Positions 30,529 through 40,326 of a DNA stretch of 64,000 bases are shown in pieces. Below the pieces are notes generated by a model. It made no database searches. It was not told the DNA's origin and saw only the letters and a program-made list of their open reading frames with translations. The stretch lies in the NCBI GenBank assembly GCA_963792965.1, contig CAWBYW010000013.1, positions 1 to 64,000 on the forward strand, given 5' to 3'. How positions within the stretch are numbered: position 1 is the stretch's first letter; every line of letters begins with the position of its first letter. The DNA comes from an uncultured delta proteobacterium. GTDB taxonomy: Bacteria; Desulfobacterota; Zymogenia; Zymogenales; Zymogenaceae. The translations under genes and the position numbers were made by a program.

Positions 30529-31128
30529 ATGAACCCCGCGACCCATTTTTTCGTCGGCTGGCTCACGGCCAATACCGTCGACCTTTCGCGACGCGACCGG
30601 GCGCTGGTCACGGCGGCCGCCGTCGCGCCCGACCTCGACGGCCTGGGGCTGGTCGCCGATCTCTTCGGCGATCACCGGTACGGCTACTACTGGTACGGGG
30701 AGTACCACCACGTCCTGTGCCACAACCTGGTGTTCGGCGTCCTCATTGCCGGGGCCGCGTTGCTTGCCGCGAAGAGGCGATGGATGGCGGCGCTGTTGTG
30801 TCTTGTCGGCTTTCACCTGCATCTCCTCGGGGATCTAATCGGAGCTCGCGGGCCGGACGGGTCCCAGTGGCCGATCCCGTACCTGTGGCCCTTCTCGGAG
30901 TCCATCCAGCTGACCTGGTCGGGCCAGTGGCCCCTCAACGCGTGGCCCAACGTCGTCATTACGGTCCTTGCGATGGCGCTTACCGGATACCTCGTGTGGC
31001 GGCGCGGTTTTTCCCCCGTCGAGATATTCTCTCCCCGGGCCGACCGGGCCGTGGTGGGAACGCTCCGGGCGAGGTTCGGTGAGCCGAAAAGGGGTGATAA
31101 AGCGCGGAAGGATACCAAGAAGAGATGA
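30529..31128 (+). CDS. Membrane-bound metal-dependent hydrolase (YdjM-like)
   Basis: H6, APDLD, HHVLCHN and HLHLLGD motifs. Confidence 0.85.
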   Translation: MNPATHFFVGWLTANTVDLSRRDRALVTAAAVAPDLDGLGLVADLFGDHRYGYYWYGEYHHVLCHNLVFGVLIAGAALLAAKRRWMAALLCLVGFHLHLLGDLIGARGPDGSQWPIPYLWPFSESIQLTWSGQWPLNAWPNVVITVLAMALTGYLVWRRGFSPVEIFSPRADRAVVGTLRARFGEPKRGDKARKDTKKR

Positions 31129-31155
31129 GGCTCTTAGAAGAGCCGGCAAGAAATC

Positions 31156-31178
31156 GGGGGGCATCTTTCGGTGCCCCC
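31156..31178. terminator. Hairpin between convergent genes
   Basis: GGGGGCATC-tttc-GGTGCCCCC. Confidence 0.45.
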
Positions 31179-31233
31179 GTCTTATGATGCATCTCGGCGC
31201 GGCCGGTTTTCCGTTAGCCCGGGCGCTTCTGTC

Positions 31234-32860
31234 TTAGTCCGCCCGCGCGATCGCGGGACGGATTCCCTTGATGATCTCGACCGCCTCGTCGCGATAGGCG
31301 TCCATGATGTAGGGGATGCCCGTGACGTTGGCGCACTCCTCGGTCAGCGAGGCGAGGTCGCGCCTTGAGATATGGGGGACGGCCCATTTACGGGCGCCCG
31401 CCATGATCTGCTGGAGACCAACCCTGATCTTTTCCGTCGCGCTGTAGATGCCGACGGCGCCCAGCGGGATCTTCTCGACATCCTTCCCGAAGAGCGATCT
31501 TGAGCTCCTCGTAGCAGACGAAGATCTCCTCCTTGGTCGGCCGTACTTGCTGACGGTCTTGGGCAGCCCCCCGTCCTCGCCGGCGAGCCACCGACCGATG
31601 TTCTTGCCCACCATGCCGGGGATCATCAGGGCGCGGCCCATGCAGACCGCCTTGACGTAGGGCGCGCCCAGCGCGAGGCCTTGAAGACGTGGTCTTCGGT
31701 GGAGAAGCCGCCGGCGAAGGCGAGGTCCGGCACGCAGTTCGCCCTTTTCGTGCCAGCATCTCGGCAGAACTCGTACGCGCCATCGAGTGGAGGTAGATGG
31801 CTGGGATGCCCCACTCGTTCATCATCCGCCAGGGGCTCATGCCGGTGCCGCCGGGGGCGCCGTCGATGGTGAGCAGGTCGATCTTGGCCTCGGAGCCCCA
31901 CTTGATGCGCCATGGCCAGCTCGCGCATGGCGGTAGGCGCCGGTCTTGAGGGTGACGCGCTTGAAGCCGAGCTTGCGCAGCCGCTCGACCTCCTTCATAG
32001 AAGCCTTCCTCGTCGATGAAGCCGAGGCGGCGAGTGGCGCTCGAACTGCTTGATGGCGCCGTCCTTGAAGGCGGCCTGGATGACGGGGTCGGCGGGTCGG
32101 GGGTGACGATGTAGCCGCGCTTCTTGAGCTCGAGGGCCCGCTCGAGGCTGTCGACCTTGATCTCGCCGCCGATGCACTTGGCGCCCTGGCCCCATTTCAG
32201 CTCGATGGTCTCGACGCCGAGCTTCTCGACGACGTATTCGGCCACGCCGAAGCGGGTGTCCTCGACGTTCATCTGGACGAGGATGTCGCCGTAGCCCTGG
32301 TGGTAGCGTCCGGTAGACCTCGATGCGGCGGTCCATGTCCGGGCGATTTCTTGACCTTGCCCTTTGCGTCGAGCTCGAGCTTGGGGTCGATGCCGCAGAC
32401 GTTCTCGCCGCAGACGAGCGTGATCGCCGCTGATGGCCGCGCCGACGGCGAAGTGCTCCCAGTTCTTGCGGGCGATCTCGGTGGAGCCGAGGGCGCCGGT
32501 GAAGATCGGGACTCTCATCTTGACCTTCTTGGTCCCAGCCGAACTCGGTCTCCGTGTTGACCGCGGGAAAGCGTCGCCCGGTTCGGGATCACGCCCTGGA
32601 GCCCCTCGGCGCCGAAGGCGTAGCCCTTGATGTTGAGGTGCGAGTAGTCGACCGGGTAGTCCTTGTCGGCGCCGGCGGTGATCTCGCCGAACGGCCCGGG
32701 ATAGAGCAGCTCGCGGCCGCGGAAGGTCGAGGTGAACAGATCGCAGCCTGCCCTTGCAGCCGTCCATACAACGGCTGCAGATGCCCGACTGGGGGGCGAC
32801 GTTTCGGGAGCGGTTGGCCGTCTGGACGGCATCGTTGGCGTTCGGTTGTTGCAGGTTCAT
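31234..32860 (-). pseudogene. FMN-binding glutamate synthase family protein, heavily frameshifted (pseudogene or assembly error)
   Basis: IFTGALGSTEIA, ELKWGQGAKCIGGEIKV, DGAPGGTGMSPW, FAGGFSTEDHVFKA and MGRALMIPG motifs spread over many frames. Confidence 0.8.
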
Positions 32861-32980
32861 GGTAAAAGACCTCCGTGTGATTGGTTATTAGCTGCCGGTA
32901 CGGGGCCGAGGAGGGATGGGCCTGAAACGTGATGGTCGTGCCCCCGTCCCCGCGACCGGTGGATTATCTGCTGAGGTTAT

Positions 32981-33288
32981 CGGCAAGTCATTGCCAATAT
33001 TTCACACCGCGATAATTATGTCAATAATAAAGTAACTGTAACTATTAGATATTTCTGCTATGCCGCTCAAACGCTTAGACGCCCTTTACCGGCAATATTG
33101 CCGTGTTTCCTTTAAACCATCGGTATTTTACCTTACATTTTACCGATCTGGGCTTCCTAGACAAAGTGAGGCGCGATGATAAGCCCCGTCTTTTCGACGC
33201 ATTTCGCAGCGTACGGCGCCAAGAATGAGATCAGATCGGCAAAAATGCCGATAAACACCTTGACGATCGGCAAGGTTTCCGGTATCGT
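32981..33288. promoter_or_regulatory. Divergent promoters with repeated palindromic operator (putative NrpR sites)
   Basis: GGCA-N4/6-TGCC-like sites at 32981, 33090, 33235 and 33266; TTGACG-17-TATCGT (33260-33288, +); TTGACA-17-AATATT (from 33024, -). Confidence 0.65.
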
Positions 33289-33294
33289 TACCCC

Positions 33295-34305
33295 ATGAGC
33301 GAAAAAATGGAAAAAAAGAGGCTTGCCATCCTTCGATTTCTGTTGGGGGCCGAAGGACCTCAGACGAGCCCGGCCGTCGCCGAGCATCTTATCGCATCGG
33401 GCCATCCGATCAGCGAGCGGACGATCCGCCTCTACCTGCAGGAGCTCGATGACGAGGGGCTCACCCTGAACCACGGCAAGAGGGGCAGGAGCATCACGGA
33501 GAAGGGCACTGCCGAGCTCGGGTCGGCCCGCGCCTTCGAAAAGATCGGCTACCTCGCCGCCAAGATCGACCGGATGATGTACCGCATGAGCTTCAACCTG
33601 CGGGATCTGGCGGGGACGGTCGTCGTCAACGTGAGCATCATAGAGGGAAACAGGCTCGCCGCCGCCATTCCCCTGCTTGGGCAGGTCTTTCGGGCGGGCT
33701 ACTCCATGGGGAGCCTTGTGACTCTTTTCGGGCCGGGCAGCCGCGTCGGCGAGGTGACGATCCCGGACGGCTGCGCGGGGATCGGGACCGTCTGCTCCGT
33801 GACGGTCAACGGGGTGCTCCTGTCCGAAGGGATCCCGACGGCCTCCCGTTTCGGGGGGCTCCTCGAGCTGAAAGACGGCAAGTTCACGAGGTTTGTGGAG
33901 CTGATCCACTACGAGGGGACGACGCTCGACCCGCTTGAGGTCTTCATCAGAAGCCGCATGACCGACTATACCGGGGCGACCGCTCACGGCAACGGCCGGA
34001 TCGGCGCAAGCTTCCGGGAGGTCCCGGCCGAGAGCAGGAGCCGGCTCCTGGATATCTCCAGGCGGCTCGATGAGGCGCATCTCAGGGGATTCATATCGGT
34101 CGGGTGGCCGGGCCAGCCGCTGATGGAGATCCCCGTCGGCGAGGGACGCGTCGGCATCATCGTGATCGGGGGACTCAACCCGGTGGCGATCCTCGAAGAG
34201 CAGGGGATCCACGTCCGGTTTACCGGGGCGCTCGCGGGGCTGTTGGAGTACGGGCAGCTTTTCCACTTTGATGAGCTGGAGGCTCGGGCCCGCCAGATCA
34301 TGTAA
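33295..34305 (+). CDS. nrpR: NrpR-family nitrogen transcriptional regulator (winged HTH plus NRD domain)
   Basis: SERTIRLYL...GRSITEKG HTH; TVCSVTVNGVL, GTTLDPLEVFI and GGLNP motifs. Confidence 0.88.
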   Translation: MSEKMEKKRLAILRFLLGAEGPQTSPAVAEHLIASGHPISERTIRLYLQELDDEGLTLNHGKRGRSITEKGTAELGSARAFEKIGYLAAKIDRMMYRMSFNLRDLAGTVVVNVSIIEGNRLAAAIPLLGQVFRAGYSMGSLVTLFGPGSRVGEVTIPDGCAGIGTVCSVTVNGVLLSEGIPTASRFGGLLELKDGKFTRFVELIHYEGTTLDPLEVFIRSRMTDYTGATAHGNGRIGASFREVPAESRSRLLDISRRLDEAHLRGFISVGWPGQPLMEIPVGEGRVGIIVIGGLNPVAILEEQGIHVRFTGALAGLLEYGQLFHFDELEARARQIM

Positions 34306-34383
34306 GCGCCGCCGATACCCGGTCTGCTTTCAAGGGGCGAATAAGTCTCCCGCCGTGTGGACCGGCGTCACCAGCAAAAAACC

Positions 34384-34412
34384 TTGAAAAAATCTTCCTG
34401 ATTGCATATAGT
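34384..34412 (+). promoter_or_regulatory. Sigma70-type promoter
   Basis: TTGAAA-17-TATAGT upstream of a GAGGTG RBS. Confidence 0.55.
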
Positions 34413-34438
34413 AAGAAGAACTATAGAGAGGTGCTCTC

Positions 34439-34852
34439 ATGAAAAAAGTTATCCTCCCGGGCCTCGTGGCGGGCCTGATTATGCTCATCCTTGGCACCGC
34501 CGTCAGCTATCTGCTTATGCTGCCGTTCCGATCGGTCGCGGCCGAGTATACGAACACGAACCTATTCAGGCCGTGGACCGACCCGGCCATGTACTATATG
34601 TTTGTACACCCATTCATCGTCGGGATCATACTGGCGTGGGTCTGGAACAAGGTGAAGGGCGTCGTCGAGGGTACGGGATGGGCCCGGCGCGGCCTTAAGT
34701 TCGGCCTGGCGTACTGGGTCGTCACGATCCCGGGGATGCTCATCTCCTACAGCAGTTTTCAGATATCGGCCACGATGGTGGCGATCTGGTCGGTCACAAT
34801 CCTTGTGCAGGCACTCTGCGCGGGAATGGTCTACGCCGGGATGAACAAATAG
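34439..34852 (+). CDS. Small 4-TM membrane protein of unknown function
   Basis: Four hydrophobic segments; good RBS. Confidence 0.75.
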   Translation: MKKVILPGLVAGLIMLILGTAVSYLLMLPFRSVAAEYTNTNLFRPWTDPAMYYMFVHPFIVGIILAWVWNKVKGVVEGTGWARRGLKFGLAYWVVTIPGMLISYSSFQISATMVAIWSVTILVQALCAGMVYAGMNK

Positions 34853-34920
34853 CGGCGGCCGCGCATCATCAAGGCCCCACATAGAGGGGAAGGGAGGTCG
34901 GCATCGTAACGGAAAATCTT

Positions 34921-36009
34921 GTGCTTTTCGCCGGGGATAAGGCGCTGGCGCGCATCCGCGAGGAGGGGCTATCCCCTCTTTCAATCACTACGATCGTCGG
35001 GGCTGCCGGCGGCCCCAAATGGTTGGTGCTGGCGGGCCTTGATCGGGCGATTTTCTTTGACTGGGTTTCAAAGGCCAGGGGCCCCATTCAGCTTGTCGGT
35101 TCGTCCATCGGGGCATGGCGATTTTCTGCGCTTGCCCAGGGTTCTCGGGCGCGCGACGCTCATGAAAAGCTCCGGCGCGCGTATACCGATCAGCATTATG
35201 ACACGAGGCCGTCCCCGCAGGATGTGACCGACGAGGCGGCTCGGATCAGGGATGTCTTCCTCCCCGGGGAGGGAATCGACGCGATATTCAAGAATCCTGC
35301 CTTTCGACTTACCATCATCTCGGCAAGGGGGAAAGGGGCATTTACATCTGGAAGAAGGAGCAGACTGGCGCTCGGGATGCTCGCCGCCGGCACCGCCAAC
35401 GCCCTCTCCCGGAAGAACATCGGGCGTTTCTTTGTCCGGACGGTCTTCTCGGGCAACGGGAATTGTGGGCCGACGGGGATAGCCCGCGCCTTCTTCCGCG
35501 ATGGGCTACCCACTGACGAGGTCCCTCTCACTCGCGACAACATCAGGCAGGCGATCCTTGCTTCCGGATCGATCCCCCTGGTCATGGAAGGGATCAGGGA
35601 CATCCCCGGGGCCCCGCCCGGGCTCTACTGGGACGGTGGGCTCGTCGACTACCACGTCACCATCCCTCGTTCTCCCGAGCGGGAGGGGATCGTCCTCTTC
35701 CCCCACTACGTGGACCGCATCAGCCCCGGCTGGTTCGACAAGTTCCTTGCCCGACGAGGGAAGGGACCGACCGACCAGGACTGGATGCTCGTAATTGCCC
35801 CCTCGCGCGAGTTCGTCGCACAGCTCCCTTACGGCAAGATCCCGGACCGCACCGACTTCCAGCGCTTCCACGGCAACGACAAGGAGCGGCTCACGTTCTG
35901 GGATAAGACGGCCAAAGAGAGCGAGCGACTGGGCGACGAGTTCCTGGAGCTGGTCCGCACCGGGGAACTCGTGGGGCGCTTGAGGCCGCTTTCCTCCCTC
36001 GGCACGTAG
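34921..36009 (+). CDS. Patatin-like phospholipase family protein (start uncertain)
   Basis: GAAGGPKW, GSSIG, LASGSIP and DGG motifs. Confidence 0.85.
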   Translation: MLFAGDKALARIREEGLSPLSITTIVGAAGGPKWLVLAGLDRAIFFDWVSKARGPIQLVGSSIGAWRFSALAQGSRARDAHEKLRRAYTDQHYDTRPSPQDVTDEAARIRDVFLPGEGIDAIFKNPAFRLTIISARGKGAFTSGRRSRLALGMLAAGTANALSRKNIGRFFVRTVFSGNGNCGPTGIARAFFRDGLPTDEVPLTRDNIRQAILASGSIPLVMEGIRDIPGAPPGLYWDGGLVDYHVTIPRSPEREGIVLFPHYVDRISPGWFDKFLARRGKGPTDQDWMLVIAPSREFVAQLPYGKIPDRTDFQRFHGNDKERLTFWDKTAKESERLGDEFLELVRTGELVGRLRPLSSLGT

Positions 36010-36072
36010 TTTACCGGTAAGAGGGTAACTTTATTTTATTCTTTATGCGTCCGACGGATTCCCTCGGGAGTC

Positions 36073-36737
36073 ATGGAGGTAGCTAATCGCGATAAAAGAA
36101 GACAGCAGGACGAAAGACGAAAGGAAGTTCTGGAGCAAATTCGCGCCGCACTACGATACCTTCATGGCCCGACAGGTCCGCAGCTATGGCATGCTACGTG
36201 GACAAGGTCCTTGCGGAGCTACGGGGCGGCTGGACCGTCCTGGAAGTGGCGGCGGGAACCGGCCAGATTACGCTGGATATGGCCGGGAGGGTTCGGAAAG
36301 TCTGCGCGGTCGATATCACGCCGGAAATGATCGCCGTCGCCCAAAAGAAGGCGACGCAGCGACATATCACCAACGTCGAGTTCGCATTAGAAGACGCCTA
36401 TGCCCTCTCATTTGCCGCGGGCAGGTTTGACGCCGTGGTCTGCTCCAACGCCCTGCACAACATGAAGGAGCCCCGGAGGGCGCTGGAGGAGATGAGACGG
36501 GTGCTTGTACCCTCGGGCAAGCTCATAACGGCGACCTTCTGCCACGGCCAGGGGCTCAAAGCCAGGATACTGTCCGGCCTCATGGCGTCCACGGGATTTC
36601 CCGCAAATCACCGATTCACGACCGAGACCCTCACCGCGCTGATAAAAGATTCGGGATTTGCCATCGAAAAGATCGAGATGATCCCGCGATCGGATTCCCA
36701 TGGCGTTTGTCGTCGGCCGGCCGAAATCCTAACGTAA
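36073..36737 (+). CDS. Class I SAM-dependent methyltransferase (frameshifts at both ends)
   Basis: VLEVAAGTG, VDITPEMI, FDAVVCSNALH and RRVLVPSG motifs. Confidence 0.75.
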
Positions 36738-36765
36738 GGTGCTTTCGGTATACTTCACGCCACGC

Positions 36766-37971
36766 TCACCGATTTTTCAGCTGACTTCCCATCCACCCGA
36801 TAATCTCGTCGATGTGCGCCGAGATAAACTCGGGCTGGTGCCGGCCGCCGGGGATGATGTTCGTCCCCGGAAACACCGCGGCCCCGTGGGCGACAAGCCG
36901 TGGTACGATAAGCGGGATGTGCGAATCGAGGTTGAAGTCATCCTTTGAACCGACGATGATGTAGTAGCGTTGGCCCGAGAGGCTCACGTTCCCCGCGTCC
37001 AAGAGCTCCACCGGGTTGACCGCTGAAAGCCGCTCCCAGACCGGCCGATCCTCCGACCATACCGGGCCGGGGCTTTTGTCACTGTCAAACACCGGATAGT
37101 AGAGCCACTTCTCCGTGACCCCGAAGAGCCCGCCCAGCGGCGTGCCGTTTACGATCCGCCGCGGGTTATCCGTGCCGACCAGCGCGTAACCCGACGGGTC
37201 GTATTTTGCGATCTTGTTTCCGTTTATCCCGTAGCGGAGGTCGGCCGCGGGATAGATCGGGACCAGGATGTGGGAAAACGACGGGTGGGTCACCCCGTAG
37301 TAAAGGACACCGTACCCACCCATGGAAGCCCCCATGAGTATGACACCCTCGGGATCGGTGCGCACGTTGAATGAGGAGAAGACGAACGGGACGATCTCTT
37401 TGAAGAAGTGATCCTCGTACCGCCCCAGGTTGCTGTTGATGTAGAAGGTCCCCGAGCGATCGTCAAACCAGGTGGCGGGGTCGTCGGTGCCGTTGCCCGA
37501 GACGGAAAAATCGGGCATCACCACGACGGTTGGAGGGACGGTTCCGGCCTCGATGGCCTTCTCCAGCGGCTCGATGACGAGGTTTGCCCACGACTGCGGC
37601 CGGCTGGCGAAGCCGTGCAGGGCAAAGATCACGGGGCAAGGCGCGCCCTTTCCGTCGTACCCGGGGGGGAGGTAGACCAGGAGCGGCCTCTCTTTGCCGA
37701 GGATATCGCTCCGAAAGGGTTTCTCAAACCTCACGGAGGTCCCTTCGGGAGGGATCGCGTCCTTACCCATGAAGGCGATGAGCGTTCCCTGTCCGTCATA
37801 GACCGGCCTTTCGGACTCCCAGGGTGCCCCGCGGTTGACGACCGAAGGCGGCAGGGGAATCGGCCCCCAGATCCGCGCGTAGACGACAAGGGCCAAAACG
37901 CACACGGCGATAATCACCAGGGTAATCAAAATGACTCTCACCACGTGGCCTCCTTTTGCCGGCGATGACAT
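36766..37971 (-). CDS. Membrane-anchored esterase / alpha-beta hydrolase
   Basis: N-terminal TM, VYLPPGY, LHG, GASMGG and PGGRH motifs. Confidence 0.85.
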   Translation of the reverse strand: MSSPAKGGHVVRVILITLVIIAVCVLALVVYARIWGPIPLPPSVVNRGAPWESERPVYDGQGTLIAFMGKDAIPPEGTSVRFEKPFRSDILGKERPLLVYLPPGYDGKGAPCPVIFALHGFASRPQSWANLVIEPLEKAIEAGTVPPTVVVMPDFSVSGNGTDDPATWFDDRSGTFYINSNLGRYEDHFFKEIVPFVFSSFNVRTDPEGVILMGASMGGYGVLYYGVTHPSFSHILVPIYPAADLRYGINGNKIAKYDPSGYALVGTDNPRRIVNGTPLGGLFGVTEKWLYYPVFDSDKSPGPVWSEDRPVWERLSAVNPVELLDAGNVSLSGQRYYIIVGSKDDFNLDSHIPLIVPRLVAHGAAVFPGTNIIPGGRHQPEFISAHIDEIIGWMGSQLKNR

Positions 37972-38001
37972 ACGTCGCTCCTCTCGGATACGCAATACAT
38001 C

Positions 38002-38485
38002 TCAGACCCGGTTTTTTTTGCCCGTCATCCGGTGGATCTCTATCCGCACGACGGCCGTGACCTTCAGGATTTTCTCGGAGAAGGTGAAGACGGTGGGATC
38101 GAGCCCCGGCGCGTAGTGGGACATGATGACCCGGAGTCCCTCGAGTCTTTTCCGCCTCACTATCCAGCAGCACGGCCCGCCCCTGACCCACGACCGATCG
38201 GAACGCCGCGCCCCAGTCGCAGGCGACCGATTGATCGGACGGGGTGAGGATCGCGACGTCGGCCTCGGCCTCAAACGACACGAGCGGCTCTTTTGCGATC
38301 AGCTCCATCTTCTTGCCCTTATACGAAGAATGGAACCAGATCGATCCTTCCCGATAGCCGAAGTTGACGGGAACGATATAGGGGGGCTCACCCTTCTCCG
38401 AGATCCCGAGCCTGAGGACCCGCGCTTTGGCCAAGACGTCTTCGATTTCATGCCGATCGGTGATCTCGCGCTCCTTTTTTCTCAT
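38002..38485 (-). CDS. Pyridoxamine 5'-phosphate oxidase / NimA-like flavin-binding protein (frameshift near 38145)
   Basis: MRKKEREIT, PYIVPVNFGY, HSSYKGKK, FRSVVGQG and MTGK motifs. Confidence 0.85.
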
Positions 38486-38556
38486 GTCACTCCTCTTTCG
38501 CCCGTTAGAGGGTCCTCTGTCGCCGATGGGTGGCAGCCAGGCGGTCGGACCAGTTT

Positions 38557-38805
38557 CTATTTTCCCGGCGACTCCATTTCAAAGTATCCCTCCCTTCCGC
38601 CGAGCGTCACCTTGAGGACATCGGGAGGAGACCGCACGTCCCCCGCGACGGCGAGGACCGAAAACTCGGTCGGGACAACGGCGCCGGGCGCGGGATAGAC
38701 GATCTCGACGTACGTTCCGGGGAGGATCGGCCGGACGCAGGCGATGATGAGGAGGAGCATGATACACAGGACGCCGATGAGCCCGATGAGGACGACTTTT
38801 TTCAT
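38557..38805 (-). CDS. Small putative lipoprotein, possibly truncated
   Basis: MKK plus hydrophobic stretch ending LIIAC; IVYPAPGAVV resembles the start of an Ig-like domain. Confidence 0.5.
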   Translation of the reverse strand: MKKVVLIGLIGVLCIMLLLIIACVRPILPGTYVEIVYPAPGAVVPTEFSVLAVAGDVRSPPDVLKVTLGGREGYFEMESPGK

Positions 38806-39012
38806 TTCGCCATGCCTCAATTGGATCTGTCGGAATGATACCGCAATAGATGTAAAATACCAATAGAAAAGGGGGGATCATAGCACCGCAAGGCGGGCTC
38901 CGTGGGCATTTGGATGGAGGACGGATTGAAGAACCGGGGGTGGGGCCGCCCTAACTAGGGAAGGCACGTATGTCTCTTAACGGGATAGAGGAGTTGCTGA
39001 CTTACGTTAGTC

Positions 39013-39055
39013 CGTCATTGCGAGGAGCCGAAGGCGACGCGGCAATCCCCTGACT
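39013..39055 (+). repeat. CGTC-type REP-like repeat, left copy
   Basis: CGTCATTGCGAGGAGCCGAAGGCGACGCGGCAATCCCCTGACT. Confidence 0.75.
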
Positions 39056-39261
39056 ACATTGCAGAGCGGGTGGCACCGGCGAGGCGGAGCTTACCGGTGG
39101 CTTTATTGGGGTACGGAAGAGATGCCTTATATGCGTCTAATAAACTCACAATAACTATATATCTGTCTTTGTGAAATATTATTTGCGCCTTTTATTCAAT
39201 TAGTCGTACTGAGTAGCTAATTCCACCATTCTTGCTTTCCTTCTGAATCATCTTTGTATGA

Positions 39262-39984
39262 TCAGAATACCCACTCGAAAAATGAGACCGTGTTATATAT
39301 CTTTTGTTCGACACCGAAAGGTATTTCGGTGTCTTTTATATGCCGTAGAAACTGCTCCTTGTTACATCTATATTTTGTCGGCTCGCGATATGCTTCAGGC
39401 CATGGTAGCACCCACATTCTTGGAGATGAGCCATCTCTTAAAGGAACAAGATATTGGACGTAATAGGAATAAGCAACATCCTCTCTTAGATTTGAAACCT
39501 TCTCCTTAAGAAAAGCGATTTTAGTACCGCAACTAGGGGTCGCTATTATACCTGTCCATTGTGCCTGTTCATACCATGAGGCTGCATCGCCTACAGCAGG
39601 CCCTACAATGGTTGACTCATCAATAATGTATTGACCGATTGAAATCGCACCTCTGATTAATATGCCATTCTCCAAAGCAAACCTAAATAACGGCGTAATA
39701 AAGTCCAATAATAGAATGAGCATGATCTCAGAGTCTTGTAAGGTATTCTCCCATGTTAAGATTATATTATCACCAAAAGTAATAATATTCGGCTCTGAAA
39801 TATTTTGCAGCTCTTTAAATATTTTTCTGTAGAATTTCGTAACGCTTTGTTTTTCCTTTATTACTTTTTCGATAATTCTATCTCTTTACTCCAAGTATTT
39901 ACGAGACTGTTCAATTGATCTTCCTCTCATACCAAGAGCGTCAAGTAATACCACAACGCCGTTTTCAGCTTCATATTTTTTCAT
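39262..39984 (-). pseudogene. AT-rich class III nucleotide cyclase-like gene with one in-frame TAA (codon 33)
   Basis: Manual translation gives VLLDALG, TFGDNI, IRGAISIG and IVGPAVGDAASWYE; TAA at 39886-39888 with the frame otherwise intact for 240 codons. Confidence 0.65.
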
Positions 39985-40159
39985 AATTATTCAACTCCAA
40001 AAGTGTTAGTAGTAATTTTACTCTGTTCATCTTAAAGAAAGAAGAAAAAAGTAGGCTTAAACTCACGTGAATTTTCGGAAAACTTGGTTCCTCGAAAACC
40101 ATTAATGAATCATCAAGTCCAGCTATTCTGATCAAATAGAGCTATATATTCGCGGTGAC

Positions 40160-40202
40160 AGTCGGGGGATTGCCGCGGGCCGCGAGCGGCCCTCGCAATG
40201 AC
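40160..40202 (-). repeat. CGTC-type REP-like repeat, right (inverted) copy
   Basis: AGTCGGGGGATTGCCGCG...CCTCGCAATGAC; both ends are reverse complements of the ends of 39013-39055. Confidence 0.75.
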
Positions 40203-40274
40203 AGGGTGGAATGGCCGGTTCTGGCGATGACCGTGCGTTGGGAGTACCACGCAGTCCTTATGAAAAGAACTAAT

Positions 40275-40307
40275 AAAAAAGGGGAGGCTGAGAAGCCTCC
40301 CCTTTTT
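40275..40307 (-). terminator. Intrinsic terminator of the acyl-CoA dehydrogenase gene
   Basis: AAAAAAGGGGAGGCT-gaga-AGCCTCCCCTTTTT. Confidence 0.8.
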
Positions 40308-40326
40308 GTACGATACGTGAACGGTC

